Source of the DNA: a virus
Lineage: Duplodnaviria; Heunggongvirae; Uroviricota; Caudoviricetes
Direction: 5' to 3' (one strand)
DNA: 43,862 bases
IMG/VR virus record: IMGVR_UViG_2541047828_000009
Coordinates: 1 to 43,862 of that record
Shown here: positions 26,457 through 36,777 of the stretch, piece after piece
Numbering within the stretch: the stretch's first letter is position 1
How the letters are laid out: each line of letters starts with the position of its first letter
The notes under the pieces: generated by a model
Databases searched by the model: none
What the model was told of the DNA's origin: nothing
Seen by the model: only the letters and a program-made list of their open reading frames with translations
Translations under genes and position numbers: made by a program

Positions 26457-26834
26457 ATGGCAAAAATCTCTAAAACCGAGCAGGTCGATGATCTGAATGC
26501 TGAAGGCGCCACCGAAGACGCCCTGAATATCGACGACCTGAATGCCGGCGGCAGCGTTCAGATGACGCATCAGTATGACGAAAAAGACGGCGATTCATCT
26601 GATGATCAGGATGACGATGAAGAAGATTTTCAGGAAGTAGCGGAACCTGAGTTTGTGGTCCTGAAAGGGAACTGCATTCGCCATGACGGTGAGGTTTACC
26701 GGGAAAACTCCCTAATTCCGGTCTCCGGTAAGGATGCCGAGCGTCTGCTGGCCGCAGGTGTAATTGCCGATGTCCATGCTCTGCGACAGCGCGCGTTATC
26801 TGCTGCGCGTGGTGTGAAAATAACAACGGAGTGA
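26457..26834 (+). CDS. Hypothetical head-associated protein with acidic N-terminal half
   Basis: Position after the capsid gene. Confidence 0.5.
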   Translation: MAKISKTEQVDDLNAEGATEDALNIDDLNAGGSVQMTHQYDEKDGDSSDDQDDDEEDFQEVAEPEFVVLKGNCIRHDGEVYRENSLIPVSGKDAERLLAAGVIADVHALRQRALSAARGVKITTE

Positions 26835-26838
26835 GCAT

Positions 26839-27198
26839 ATGGGCGTGGACTGGGATTTACATCTTCTGAGTCCGCTCCATGGCGTGTTTGGCGATGAGCA
26901 TGAGTACCGTCCCCGCAACGGTACTCCTTTTACGATTAACGGTATTTTTGACCGTGGCTATGCGCAGGTTGCAGAAAATCTTGATGGTGATTCAGAAATT
27001 AACACCTCCAGCCCAATGCTTGGGGTGCGCGATGCTGAATTTCGTCAGTTGGGTAAACCGCAACCTGCCGTATCTGACCGTGTGTTTATCAAAACGGTCG
27101 GAGGTCAGATCATCAATCAGTTATTTGTTGTGTCCAACGTCGAACCGGACAGCCATGGCGGCTCACGTCTTGTTCTCAATGTGGCGAAAACCCGATGA
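26839..27198 (+). CDS. Head-tail connector / head completion protein (Mu gp36-like position)
   Basis: Gene order only. Confidence 0.45.
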   Translation: MGVDWDLHLLSPLHGVFGDEHEYRPRNGTPFTINGIFDRGYAQVAENLDGDSEINTSSPMLGVRDAEFRQLGKPQPAVSDRVFIKTVGGQIINQLFVVSNVEPDSHGGSRLVLNVAKTR

Positions 27199-27740
27199 AT
27201 GCTTCCGCAATACGACACATGGTCGTGGCCGCGCTGAAAGATAAAACGGCTGCCGCCGATCGTGTGTATTCCCCGCGTGACTGGGCAACTTCGCCGGACC
27301 TGTACCCAGCGTTGCTTGTTCAGACGCCATTTGATCACAAAAAGGCGCAGGGGAGAAATGTCCCGGCCTTTACCTCTTTGACCACCGTTCGCATTACTGG
27401 CCGGGTTCAGGAGTACGACAGTGAAACCACTGATGATGGCGCCATGCGCGCGGAGGTTGCGCTGGAAGAGCTCCGGGAACAGGTAGAAAGGGCGGTGATT
27501 AACAGCTACGAGTTAACCCGGAACATCCAGAAATATGCGGAGGTCCGCTCGACGATTGATGTTGATGCGGATGGTGAAGCGCATATGGGCCAGCTGCTTA
27601 TCGAAATTGATATTGAGCACTATCAGGGACCGGAAGACTTTTATCCGGTCGATACGGTGCCGCTGGCGGGGATCGACATCACCATCGACATGCCGGACGG
27701 TACGCCGCAGCCGGGCGTAAAAATAGACCTTCAGGAGTAA
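27195..27740 (+). CDS. Neck / tail-completion protein (Mu gp37-like position)
   Basis: Gene order only. Confidence 0.45.
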   Translation: MNASAIRHMVVAALKDKTAAADRVYSPRDWATSPDLYPALLVQTPFDHKKAQGRNVPAFTSLTTVRITGRVQEYDSETTDDGAMRAEVALEELREQVERAVINSYELTRNIQKYAEVRSTIDVDADGEAHMGQLLIEIDIEHYQGPEDFYPVDTVPLAGIDITIDMPDGTPQPGVKIDLQE

Positions 27741-27742
27741 TC

Positions 27743-27928
27743 ATGTTTGTAAAACCGAAGGACGGGCTCAGCGTTCGCTGCCCTGTCAGGGGGGAGCCTT
27801 TGCCCAAAGATGGCGCGGAGGTACCTGATAATACGTTCTGGCGTCGCCGCCTGAAGGATGGCGACGTCAGTCTGGTACCGGAAAAGGGCGTTAAAAACGC
27901 CGTAAAAAAAGAGGGCGTAATTAAATGA
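27743..27928 (+). CDS. Small hypothetical protein preceding the sheath gene
   Basis: AGGAG RBS; 61 aa. Confidence 0.45.
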   Translation: MFVKPKDGLSVRCPVRGEPLPKDGAEVPDNTFWRRRLKDGDVSLVPEKGVKNAVKKEGVIK

Positions 27929-29436
27929 CCGTTCCATTTTCGCGAGTTCCCGGCAATTTACGTGTGCCGCTTTTTTATGTGGAGTTTGATAACTCCATGG
28001 CCAACACGGCGACGGCTACACAACGAACGCTGTTGATTGGTCAGATGCTGGCATCAGGCTCTGCACAGGAAAAAATCCCGGTAAAAGTCTCCTCTCCCAA
28101 TGCGGTGGGTGAGCTCACCGGAAAAGGATCAATGCTGCATGGCATGATGACGGCGTATCAAAAAAACGATACTGCTGCGGAGGTCTGGATCCTTCCGCTG
28201 GCTGATGATGCGGATTCGATGGCAGTGGCAACTGGCAGTATCAAGGTTGCCACACAGGCGGCAGAAACCGGCGTTATCTCTCTTTATATTGCTGGCGTTC
28301 GCGTACAACTGACCGTACTGGCGACTGACACTCCGGCTCAGATTGCCACTGCGCTGGTCGCGGCGATTACCCGCAAAACGGAACTGCCGGTGACAGCTGC
28401 TGTAAAAGCCGATGCAACGGATACCGTGACACTGACGGCCAAAAATGCCGGGTTGCTGGGCAATGGTATTGATATCAGGCTGAATTATCTCGGTGTTCAG
28501 GGTGGTGAGGTGACGCCCGCGGGCCTGACACTCACCATCACGGGCATGACCGGCGGCGCCGGCGCGCCGGATTTTGTTGATGCCCTTGGCAACCTGCAGG
28601 ATAAGACCTTTGATTTTGTCATCAACCCTTATGATGACACCGCATCACTGGATGCCATCAGAGAATTTCTGAACGATGCAACCGGCCGCTGGGCATGGGA
28701 TAAACAGCTTTATGGCCACGCATTCACCACTACCAACGGCACTTACGCCGAGCTTGGCACCAAAGGGGAAACCCGTAATAACCAGCATGAGTCACTGCTT
28801 GGTGTGTATCGCTCACCGTCACCGCGTTATATCTGGGCGGCGGCACTGACAGGGGCCGCCGCACCCAGCCTGCGTAATGACCCCGCACGTCCGCTACAAA
28901 GTCTGCCTGTTTATGGCGTGCTGGCACCGGACCTGGCGGATCGCTTTGAGCTGACAGAGCGCAACAACCTGCTGTACAGCGGCATCTCCACTTACACCGT
29001 GGGTGATGACGGGACGGTGATGATTGAAAACCTGATTACCACCTACCAGAAAAACAGCTATGGCGACGAAGACGACAGTTACCTTCAGGTGGAAACGCTC
29101 TTCAGCCTGATGTTTGTCACGCGATATCTCCGCACTGCAGTGACCAGTAAATTTGGTCGCATGAAGCTGGCCGCGGATGGCACGCGTTTTGCGCCGGGGG
29201 CGGCGATAGTGACGCCAAACATCATCAGAGCCGATCAGATCGCGGAATACCAGACGCTGGTCTTTAACGGCTACGCGCAGGACGCTGAGGCCTTCGCCAG
29301 AAACATTATCGTGGAGCAGAACAAAACAAATCCGAACCGCGTCGATGTGTTGTGGCCGGGAACGCTTATGAACCAGTTGCGCATCTTCGCGCTGCTTAAC
29401 CAGTTCCGCCTGCAGGCTGAATCAACAGGAGCATAA
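27925..29436 (+). CDS. Tail sheath protein (Mu L-like)
   Basis: 503 aa, N-terminal MTVPFSRVPGNLRVPLFYVEFDNS typical of sheath proteins; followed by the tube gene. Confidence 0.85.
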   Translation: MTVPFSRVPGNLRVPLFYVEFDNSMANTATATQRTLLIGQMLASGSAQEKIPVKVSSPNAVGELTGKGSMLHGMMTAYQKNDTAAEVWILPLADDADSMAVATGSIKVATQAAETGVISLYIAGVRVQLTVLATDTPAQIATALVAAITRKTELPVTAAVKADATDTVTLTAKNAGLLGNGIDIRLNYLGVQGGEVTPAGLTLTITGMTGGAGAPDFVDALGNLQDKTFDFVINPYDDTASLDAIREFLNDATGRWAWDKQLYGHAFTTTNGTYAELGTKGETRNNQHESLLGVYRSPSPRYIWAAALTGAAAPSLRNDPARPLQSLPVYGVLAPDLADRFELTERNNLLYSGISTYTVGDDGTVMIENLITTYQKNSYGDEDDSYLQVETLFSLMFVTRYLRTAVTSKFGRMKLAADGTRFAPGAAIVTPNIIRADQIAEYQTLVFNGYAQDAEAFARNIIVEQNKTNPNRVDVLWPGTLMNQLRIFALLNQFRLQAESTGA

Positions 29437-29439
29437 AAC

Positions 29440-29811
29440 ATGGCTGGAGATACCACTAATCGCCTGGCAGGTACCGCTTATGTCACCGTAAACGGGGTGA
29501 CCGTTATGGTGGAGGGCTCATTCAAGTATCAGACCTCCACTGTTAACCGTACCACACTGACAGGCATGGACGGTGTGCATGGCTACAAAGAAAAGCCGGT
29601 TGCCCCGTATATTTCTGCCCGTCTTCGCGACAGCGGCGGTACCAACGTACTGGGTTTTAACAAACAGACGAACGTCAACGTGATCGCCGAACTGGCGAAC
29701 GGAAAGACTATTATCGGTCGCGCGCTATGGACGGTGAACGTTCAGGAAGTGGAAAGCGAAGATGCAGTGTTTGATGTTCGCTGGGAAGGCCGGGACGTAA
29801 CGGAGAACTAA
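29440..29811 (+). CDS. Tail tube protein
   Basis: 123 aa immediately after the sheath gene. Confidence 0.8.
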   Translation: MAGDTTNRLAGTAYVTVNGVTVMVEGSFKYQTSTVNRTTLTGMDGVHGYKEKPVAPYISARLRDSGGTNVLGFNKQTNVNVIAELANGKTIIGRALWTVNVQEVESEDAVFDVRWEGRDVTEN

Positions 29812-29812
29812 G

Positions 29813-30091
29813 ATGGCAGAACTTGAACGCACCAAAGTCATTCCCCTCATCAAGCCTCTGGTCGATGAGGCGCAAAAAACACGCTATGAGCAACTGGAGC
29901 TGAAGGCGCCGACGCTCAGCCAGGCAGAGCAGTTCTACGAAAAGCAGGCATCGTCCACTTCACTGGCGGCGATGCGCCTGCTGATCTCGCTGGTCACGGA
30001 TACGCGGGAAAGTGTGCTTCAGCCGATGGATTTTATCGACTTCCGAAAATGCGAGGAGTTTTTGCTCGGTTTTTTGACCTGGAAGCCCTGA
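29813..30091 (+). CDS. Tail assembly chaperone (short form)
   Basis: Small acidic protein before the tape measure gene; contains a slippery heptamer near its 3-prime end. Confidence 0.7.
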   Translation: MAELERTKVIPLIKPLVDEAQKTRYEQLELKAPTLSQAEQFYEKQASSTSLAAMRLLISLVTDTRESVLQPMDFIDFRKCEEFLLGFLTWKP

Positions 30092-30240
30092 CCGCCTGGC
30101 AGGAAACGGCCGCTGACGTCACATTTTATTTCCGCTGGACAGAAGACAGGGCATGGGGCATGACCTATGCCCGTCTGAAGTGGTGGGTATCGCAGGCCTC
30201 CCGTATCAATAAACTCAGGAATCCCGAACCCGATGAGTAA
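30070..30240 (+). other. Programmed -1 frameshift site (T_TTT_TTG at 30070-30076) and -1-frame extension of the tail chaperone
   Basis: Zero frame ..GGT TTT TTG ACC..; -1 frame continues FDLEALTAWQETAAD... to a stop at 30240, overlapping the tape measure start. Confidence 0.7.
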
Positions 30241-32086
30241 TTCTTTCGACTTTGAGCTGGTGGCCAGCGACCAGGCGACGGAAGCCATTGAGCGTATCAA
30301 TGAGGCTATCCGTGATCTGGAACCAAAGCTGGATAAAACCAAAGAGGGACTCCAGTTAGGAGGGCAGGAGACCCTCGATGGACTGAACGGCTTTATTTCC
30401 CGCTTCGAAAATCTGTCCAAAAATGCCCGTGATAATGTTCAGTACATCGGGGACATGGTACCACCGCTGAAGATGGTCGGTGAGCTCTCCGGTAAGCTGG
30501 CATCACTGGGGGTTGTTGGAGCGGCGGGATATGGGCTAAAACAGATTGCCTACGGTTTCCATGAGGCCTCAAGGGAAGCCTATAACCTCGATGTCGCCGC
30601 GAAAAATGCGGGTATGCGAGTGGACGATTTTTCCCGCCTGTCCGGTGCCATGCGGATACTGGGTGCTGATGGCGACAGTGCAAATTCCTCCATCGAGGGG
30701 ATGGCTAAAAGCCTGAAGGAGGCCGCCAGTGGTGCCAACAGCCAGGTGCTCGGCGCATTGTCACAGATTGGCGTTCAGATCCAGAAAAACAACGATGGAT
30801 CCGTTGATACGCTGAGAACACTGGAGTCGATAGCACGCGTTTTACCGAGTCTGCGACCGGACCAGCAGAAATCAGTTTCCGATGCCCTCGGGTTGACGCC
30901 GGAAATGCTGGCGCTGATGCGTGAAGGCGTACGGATGAAAGCATTGCTGGCTAAATCTGATGAACTTGGCCTGACGGTTGATCCGGAACTTAACCGGCAA
31001 TTGTCCGAGGTTAACGGCTCCATGAATGAGCTGGGCGCTGCATGGGATGGGCTGAAAAACCGTTCGAAAAACTCTCTGTTTAAGGGATTGCTTTCCGATG
31101 GTTCGGTGAAAGACGGCCTTGAAGGAGTGACCGACTTGTTCACGAATGGCGATTTCACCGGGCTGTCGCATGCGCTGGGGTTTATCAGTAGCAAGGATGC
31201 CGGGAAGCTACGCCGCATTCAGGGTGATAAGGCGCTGTATAACACCCTTTCCCGGCGCGAGCGCGGAGCGGTGGATGCCGGCTTTATGACTGATGCCGTC
31301 CGTAAACGCTACGACGCGCAATATGGCGCCGGGGACAGAGCTGAACAACTCCGAAATGATTTGTCTGTCATCCTGCCAGCAGGTGCAGCAGCTCCACGCA
31401 GAGAAGTGAATTACAGCCAGCCATCTAACCAGGCACTGGGCCTGAGAAATAATAACCCCGGCAATCTCCGGATAGCGCCTAATGCGACCGGAGTGAATCG
31501 TGGTTTCGTCACTTATGACAACAGCAGCGACGGGCTGGCGGCAATGGCCCGGCAACTGATGTTATATGGCGATCGTGGGAATAACACGCTGAACAGCATG
31601 ATCCACACTTATGCGCCACGCTCGGAAAATGATACGCAGTCCTATATCAATTCAGTATCGGCCGCGACAGGTATTCAACCCCAGCTGCGGGTGGATCTGC
31701 ATAACCCGGAGGTGCTGAAGTCAGTCATGGCGGCCATGATTCAGCATGAGAATGGGGCGCAGCCATATTCTGAAGATGAGATACGGGCGGCAATTCAGAC
31801 GGCTATCAGTGATCCGCGCTGGTCTGGTCTTCGTGACAGCCGAGTGCTCAGCCAGCAGAGAGAGAACATCCTCGTACCGCAACCGGACAAGTTTGACAGT
31901 TCCTCAATCCTGACAGCTTCCGGTAATGGGAGAGACACTGTCAGTGAAAACCTGACCCGGTCCCTCAAAGAGGCGATGGCCGATCAGAAAATGAAGCTGG
32001 AAATCACCCTGGTCAATGATAAGGGGGAGAAGAAAACCTATAACGTCGAGGATAACGGCAGAATAACAACTGCCATGAATTACTAA
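30233..32086 (+). CDS. Tail tape measure protein
   Basis: 617 aa, largely helical/low-complexity, follows the chaperone pair. Confidence 0.8.
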   Translation: MSNSFDFELVASDQATEAIERINEAIRDLEPKLDKTKEGLQLGGQETLDGLNGFISRFENLSKNARDNVQYIGDMVPPLKMVGELSGKLASLGVVGAAGYGLKQIAYGFHEASREAYNLDVAAKNAGMRVDDFSRLSGAMRILGADGDSANSSIEGMAKSLKEAASGANSQVLGALSQIGVQIQKNNDGSVDTLRTLESIARVLPSLRPDQQKSVSDALGLTPEMLALMREGVRMKALLAKSDELGLTVDPELNRQLSEVNGSMNELGAAWDGLKNRSKNSLFKGLLSDGSVKDGLEGVTDLFTNGDFTGLSHALGFISSKDAGKLRRIQGDKALYNTLSRRERGAVDAGFMTDAVRKRYDAQYGAGDRAEQLRNDLSVILPAGAAAPRREVNYSQPSNQALGLRNNNPGNLRIAPNATGVNRGFVTYDNSSDGLAAMARQLMLYGDRGNNTLNSMIHTYAPRSENDTQSYINSVSAATGIQPQLRVDLHNPEVLKSVMAAMIQHENGAQPYSEDEIRAAIQTAISDPRWSGLRDSRVLSQQRENILVPQPDKFDSSSILTASGNGRDTVSENLTRSLKEAMADQKMKLEITLVNDKGEKKTYNVEDNGRITTAMNY

Positions 32087-32095
32087 CCCTATTAA

Positions 32096-32117
32096 ACCGC
32101 CACCCTGGCGGTTTTTT
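32096..32117 (+). terminator. Rho-independent terminator (probable attenuator inside the tail operon)
   Basis: accgcc-accct-ggcggt stem then TTTTTT. Confidence 0.7.
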
Positions 32118-32132
32118 AATTCAGGAGGCCTG

Positions 32133-33533
32133 ATGGCAATTATCCAGGATGCAATAACTTCTCTGATGGGGGGCGGTGGTAGTGAGGACTGGTTGAGCCA
32201 GCTACGTCCCGGCTCGTTCCGGGGCGTGCCTTTTGCTGTGGTGAATGAGGAAGGCAGTCATGGCCGGCGGCAGGCGGTTCATGAATATCCATACCGTGAT
32301 ACCGCCTGGATTGAGGATATGGGGCGCGGGACACGGCGATTTATTATCCGTGGCTTTATCGTCCAGAACAGTCTGGTATACGGCGGTGGCGACGTTATTT
32401 CTCAGCGCCAGTCATTGATCAATGCGTGTGAAGCTAAGGGGAGTGGTACGCTCATTCACCCCACGCTGGGGGAGATGACCGTTTCCATACCTGAGAACGG
32501 GTTAAGGCTTTCCGGCTCCGCCGACAACGGTCGTTCGTTTGAATTTACCCTGATGGTGATTGAGTCGGGGTTAAAGGTCTTTGCCGTTACCGACAGCGCC
32601 GCCGCGGGGAATACCGTTGGCACCAACTATCTGAAGCTGGTTAGTACGACGGTTGCCAGTACCCTCGCGAGAATTAAAAGCGAGATCCGCGGTGTGTCGC
32701 AGGGGATTCAGACCATCAGGGGAACCGTGACGTTCTGGACCAATATGGTGGATAACACCATCAGTGAGGTAACAAACGTCAGTAACGTGCTGGATTCTAC
32801 TTTCGGGAATAATCGTTACGGGCGGTACAGCAAGGGGACCGTAGGCGGGAGCTCTTCGGGTATTAACGGCAATCGTGATGCCGATGATTCAGAAGACCAT
32901 CAGGCATTGTCTGAACAGGTTACCGCCCGGGCGGTGATGGATCGCCAGGCTGTGCTCGATACAACGGCTGCACTGAATGAATCTGTATCGGTCGAGGAAT
33001 TTGTTCAGGGCGTTGCCGATGTGATTAATCGCATTCTGTCCAGCGCTGGTAGCGTGAGTGACAAAATTGCCGCATTTGAAAAACTGGCGGCTTCAACCAG
33101 TACCGGATACCAGCGTTCCGAAAGCAGCCAGCAACTGGCTGGCACCATGAACACGCTGATCGTAGTGCTATGTACCGGAGCCATGACGGATGCTGCTGCA
33201 GATTACAACCCAACCAGTCGTAATGAGGCCGAAGAAATCACTCAACGCGTGGCCGGGCAACTGGATACCGCGTTACTACTGGCGGGCGACCGTGGCGATG
33301 ATGATCTTTATACGGCATTGATGGACGTGAGAACCGCTTTTCTGAATACCATGGCTCAGACTTCATCCGGACTGAGTGAGTTGATGCAAATCAATACTGC
33401 GGTGCCGGTTCCTGCCCTGGTACTGGCCAACCGCCTGTATCAGGATGCCTCGCGGGCAAATGAACTGATACAGGAGGCCAGCGTACCGCATCCGGCATTT
33501 ATGCCGACGACGATGAAGGTGTTGAGACAATGA
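32133..33533 (+). CDS. DNA circularization protein (Mu N-like)
   Basis: 466 aa directly after the tape measure gene; AGGAGG RBS. Confidence 0.7.
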   Translation: MAIIQDAITSLMGGGGSEDWLSQLRPGSFRGVPFAVVNEEGSHGRRQAVHEYPYRDTAWIEDMGRGTRRFIIRGFIVQNSLVYGGGDVISQRQSLINACEAKGSGTLIHPTLGEMTVSIPENGLRLSGSADNGRSFEFTLMVIESGLKVFAVTDSAAAGNTVGTNYLKLVSTTVASTLARIKSEIRGVSQGIQTIRGTVTFWTNMVDNTISEVTNVSNVLDSTFGNNRYGRYSKGTVGGSSSGINGNRDADDSEDHQALSEQVTARAVMDRQAVLDTTAALNESVSVEEFVQGVADVINRILSSAGSVSDKIAAFEKLAASTSTGYQRSESSQQLAGTMNTLIVVLCTGAMTDAAADYNPTSRNEAEEITQRVAGQLDTALLLAGDRGDDDLYTALMDVRTAFLNTMAQTSSGLSELMQINTAVPVPALVLANRLYQDASRANELIQEASVPHPAFMPTTMKVLRQ

Positions 33534-34615
33534 GTACGGATAATGATCAGGATATTGTCTCCCTGACAGTGGGCGGAAAAATCATTGAAGGATGGGACTC
33601 TGTGCGGGTGACCCGTGGCATTGAGCGTTTTCCCTCCGATTTTGACCTGGGACTGATGGATTATTTTCCGGGAAGTGACCAGAAGCAGCTGGTAAAGGAA
33701 GGGATGCCTTGTCAGGTAAAGCTTGGTAACGACCTGGTAGTGACGGGGTATGTTGATGACTGGTCGCCTGCTATTTCCCGTTCGCGCCATGAAGTCAGAG
33801 CCTCAGGCCGCAGTAAGTGCGCAGATCTCGTTGATTGCTCTGCTGAATGGCCAAATAACGTCATCAATAACAGTAATGCGCTTGATATTGCCTCCCGCCT
33901 CGCATCCCATTACAACATTGGCGTAAGTACAGACGTTGATGATCTGGTGAAAGTTCCGCAATTTTCCCTGAACTGGGGGGAATCGCCACAGGAAATACTT
34001 GATCGTGTCTCCCGCTGGTCGGCATTGCTTTATTACGATCAGCCTGACGGTAACTTATTTCTGACCCGGGTGGGGACAAAGCGCGCGGCCAGCGGTATCG
34101 CAGAAGGGGTAAATATCGAACAGGCTTATTACCGCCGTTCGATGGCTGACCGCTTTTCTGATTACGTCGGCGTATCGATGAGCATTTCGCCGATTGCAGG
34201 ATTCTCGCCAGATACGGCTTATGATTCGGTGACGCTGGCGACGGCCCGCGATCCTGAGGCGGCCAGTATGCGTTACCGAAAACGGATCATTATTGTTGAA
34301 AGTACACTGATGGCTTCACAACAGGCTCAGCGAGCGATTGACTGGGAGATGAACCGCCGATACGGCCGTTCCCGTCAGTTAACGGTGACGATTGATTCCT
34401 GGCGCGATAAATCCGGGAAATTATGGGAGCCGAATACGCTTATCCCGGTCAACATCCCGAGTCTGCAGCTGCCTGACACCGAATTGCTTATCGCAGAGGT
34501 GACTTATATCAGAGACAGTGACGGCACCCATGCGCGCCTTTATCTGATGCCCCCGGAGGCTTTCGCTGTCCAGCCTTATGCTTTCTACCAGCAAATACCC
34601 GGACTAAACCAATGA
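33530..34615 (+). CDS. Baseplate hub protein (Mu P / gp44-like)
   Basis: Gene order in the Mu-like baseplate block. Confidence 0.7.
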   Translation: MSTDNDQDIVSLTVGGKIIEGWDSVRVTRGIERFPSDFDLGLMDYFPGSDQKQLVKEGMPCQVKLGNDLVVTGYVDDWSPAISRSRHEVRASGRSKCADLVDCSAEWPNNVINNSNALDIASRLASHYNIGVSTDVDDLVKVPQFSLNWGESPQEILDRVSRWSALLYYDQPDGNLFLTRVGTKRAASGIAEGVNIEQAYYRRSMADRFSDYVGVSMSISPIAGFSPDTAYDSVTLATARDPEAASMRYRKRIIIVESTLMASQQAQRAIDWEMNRRYGRSRQLTVTIDSWRDKSGKLWEPNTLIPVNIPSLQLPDTELLIAEVTYIRDSDGTHARLYLMPPEAFAVQPYAFYQQIPGLNQ

Positions 34616-35193
34616 ATCAAAATTTAAAGAAATCGGCCACGCGCATCGCCGGCATGCTGGGCATTGGCCGTATTACCACGCAGAAAGATAGCGGGGTTGT
34701 GCAGGAAATCCAGTACCAGACTCCGCTGGAAGTGGCCAGCGCCCCACGGCTCTCTGATTTTGGTTTTTCATCGGGGTTACCGGCGGGATCGGATGTGCTT
34801 ATTGCCTTTCTCGGCGGGGACCGCTCCAGTCCTGTCGTCATTGCCTCTAACCATCAAAGCTTCCGGTATACCGGGCTTAAGCCAGGCGAAACCGTGGTCT
34901 ATAACCAGCAGGGGATGAATATTCATCTGACCGAGGAGGGAATTTTCATTGATGCGAAAGGCAAAGATGTAGAGATCAATAATGCCAGAAACATCACCGC
35001 GACGGCAACGGAACAGGTAAAGCTGGTTACCCCCAAACTCCTGGTGACGGGTGACATCATCGATAACTGCGAGACGAACAATTCAACGCTCAAAGCGCTG
35101 CGGGATGCTCACAACGATCATGACCATGACGTTAAAAAAGTTCAGTCCGGCGATAGCACGATCATAAGCGAAAAAACAGAGAGTCAGGTATGA
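34612..35193 (+). CDS. Baseplate spike protein (gpV / Mu gp45-like)
   Basis: Gene order. Confidence 0.7.
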   Translation: MNQNLKKSATRIAGMLGIGRITTQKDSGVVQEIQYQTPLEVASAPRLSDFGFSSGLPAGSDVLIAFLGGDRSSPVVIASNHQSFRYTGLKPGETVVYNQQGMNIHLTEEGIFIDAKGKDVEINNARNITATATEQVKLVTPKLLVTGDIIDNCETNNSTLKALRDAHNDHDHDVKKVQSGDSTIISEKTESQV

Positions 35194-35639
35194 GTGATAT
35201 TTCCTCATTCTGGGATGTGGATGCCATTCATGCTGACTGGCAAACCGGTAACGGCGTACTGACATCTGAGAATGATATGCACACGGCCATAATTATCAGT
35301 TTGTTTACTGACGGACTGGCGCGCGCTGATGATGATTATGAAGGAACTGACCGCCGCGGCTGGTGGGGGGATCTGGACAACGACCGGAATATTGGCTCAA
35401 GGCTGTGGCTACTGCGGCGTGAAAAACTGACGCGCGAAGTGGCGATGAGAGCTGAAGATTATGCCGAAGAGGCTCTGGCCTGGATGAAGTCGGATGGTAT
35501 TGCAGCAGCGATAGAGGCTCAGTCAGAGATTGTTTTCCCGAATAGGCTGAACCTCATCATCCGGTATTTGCCGCCGGCGGGGGACTGGCAGGAGTTCAAA
35601 TTCTTCTGGCTATGGGAGCAACTGAATAATGCCATTTAA
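35190..35639 (+). CDS. Baseplate protein (gpW / Mu gp46-like)
   Basis: Gene order. Confidence 0.7.
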   Translation: MSDISSFWDVDAIHADWQTGNGVLTSENDMHTAIIISLFTDGLARADDDYEGTDRRGWWGDLDNDRNIGSRLWLLRREKLTREVAMRAEDYAEEALAWMKSDGIAAAIEAQSEIVFPNRLNLIIRYLPPAGDWQEFKFFWLWEQLNNAI

Positions 35640-36777
35640 GCGGAAAACACTGAGCGAGCTCCGGCAGGAGAATCGCCAGTTTATGCAGGCAGAGCTTGAA
35701 AGTGTTGGCGCGCTGTTACGGTTTGGCAACCTTAAGGTGCTCGCTGATATGGATGCGGGCATGGCCCATCTGCACTACGCCTACCTGGATTATATTGCCC
35801 GTCAGAGCACGCCTTTCACCTCTACCGATGAGTGGCTTGCCGGATGGATGGCGCTAAAGCAGATTTACCGAAAAGCCGCAACGGCAGCACGCTCTCCGGC
35901 GGCGACCGTTACCGGAACGCCGGGGAAAACACTGTCAAAAGGGGCGGTGTTAAACCGTGATGATGGTTACCAGTACACAACCGATGATGCCATAACGATA
36001 AACACTGCTGGCAGTGCGTCGGTTGCTGTAACAGCGGTTTTGCCGGATATCACAGACGATGTGACAGGAGGAGGCACTTCCGGAAATGCCGATGCTGGCA
36101 CCATTCTTACACTGGATGCTAATGCCCCCGGCATAGACAGCTCGGTTACGCTGATTGAGCCCGCCACCGGCGGCGCCAACATTGAAAGTGAAGAGGATTT
36201 CCGATTACGTGGTCTGCTGGCGTATCAGAATCCCCCGCAGGGCGGGAGTGACACTGATTATAAAAGCTGGGCTTTATCCGTGTCGGGGATCACCAGGGCA
36301 TGGATACGGCGCCGGGGGATGGGGCCGGGTACCGTGGTGATTTACATCATGTGCGACGGCGATGATAAAACCAATCATGGATTCCCTGCAGGAACTGACG
36401 GTGTCTCTCAACTGGAAGAGTGGGGGGCTGTAAAAGCCACCGGGGATCAGGGGAGAGTTGCCGATTATATGTATCCGCTTGCGCCGGTTACCTCCCTTAA
36501 CTATGTCTGCTCTCCCATCGAACGCGTTATCGATTTTGAAATAAGCGGGATATCTGATGCCGACAGCGCAACGACTGCGGCCATTGCTGATGCGATTGAC
36601 GGGGTATTGTTTGAATCTGCTAACCCGCTCGGCACAGGGAAAATTTACCTTTCAGATCTCAACCGTGCGATAGGGGATGTTGCCGGTACTTCAGGTTATA
36701 TCCTTGTGTCGCCTTCTGCGAATATTGAGCCGGGAGTTGGGGAGCTGGCTGTTCGTGGTGAGGTGAACTACACATGA
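35629..36777 (+). CDS. Baseplate J-like protein (Mu gp47-like)
   Basis: 382 aa in the expected position. Confidence 0.75.
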   Translation: MPFKRKTLSELRQENRQFMQAELESVGALLRFGNLKVLADMDAGMAHLHYAYLDYIARQSTPFTSTDEWLAGWMALKQIYRKAATAARSPAATVTGTPGKTLSKGAVLNRDDGYQYTTDDAITINTAGSASVAVTAVLPDITDDVTGGGTSGNADAGTILTLDANAPGIDSSVTLIEPATGGANIESEEDFRLRGLLAYQNPPQGGSDTDYKSWALSVSGITRAWIRRRGMGPGTVVIYIMCDGDDKTNHGFPAGTDGVSQLEEWGAVKATGDQGRVADYMYPLAPVTSLNYVCSPIERVIDFEISGISDADSATTAAIADAIDGVLFESANPLGTGKIYLSDLNRAIGDVAGTSGYILVSPSANIEPGVGELAVRGEVNYT

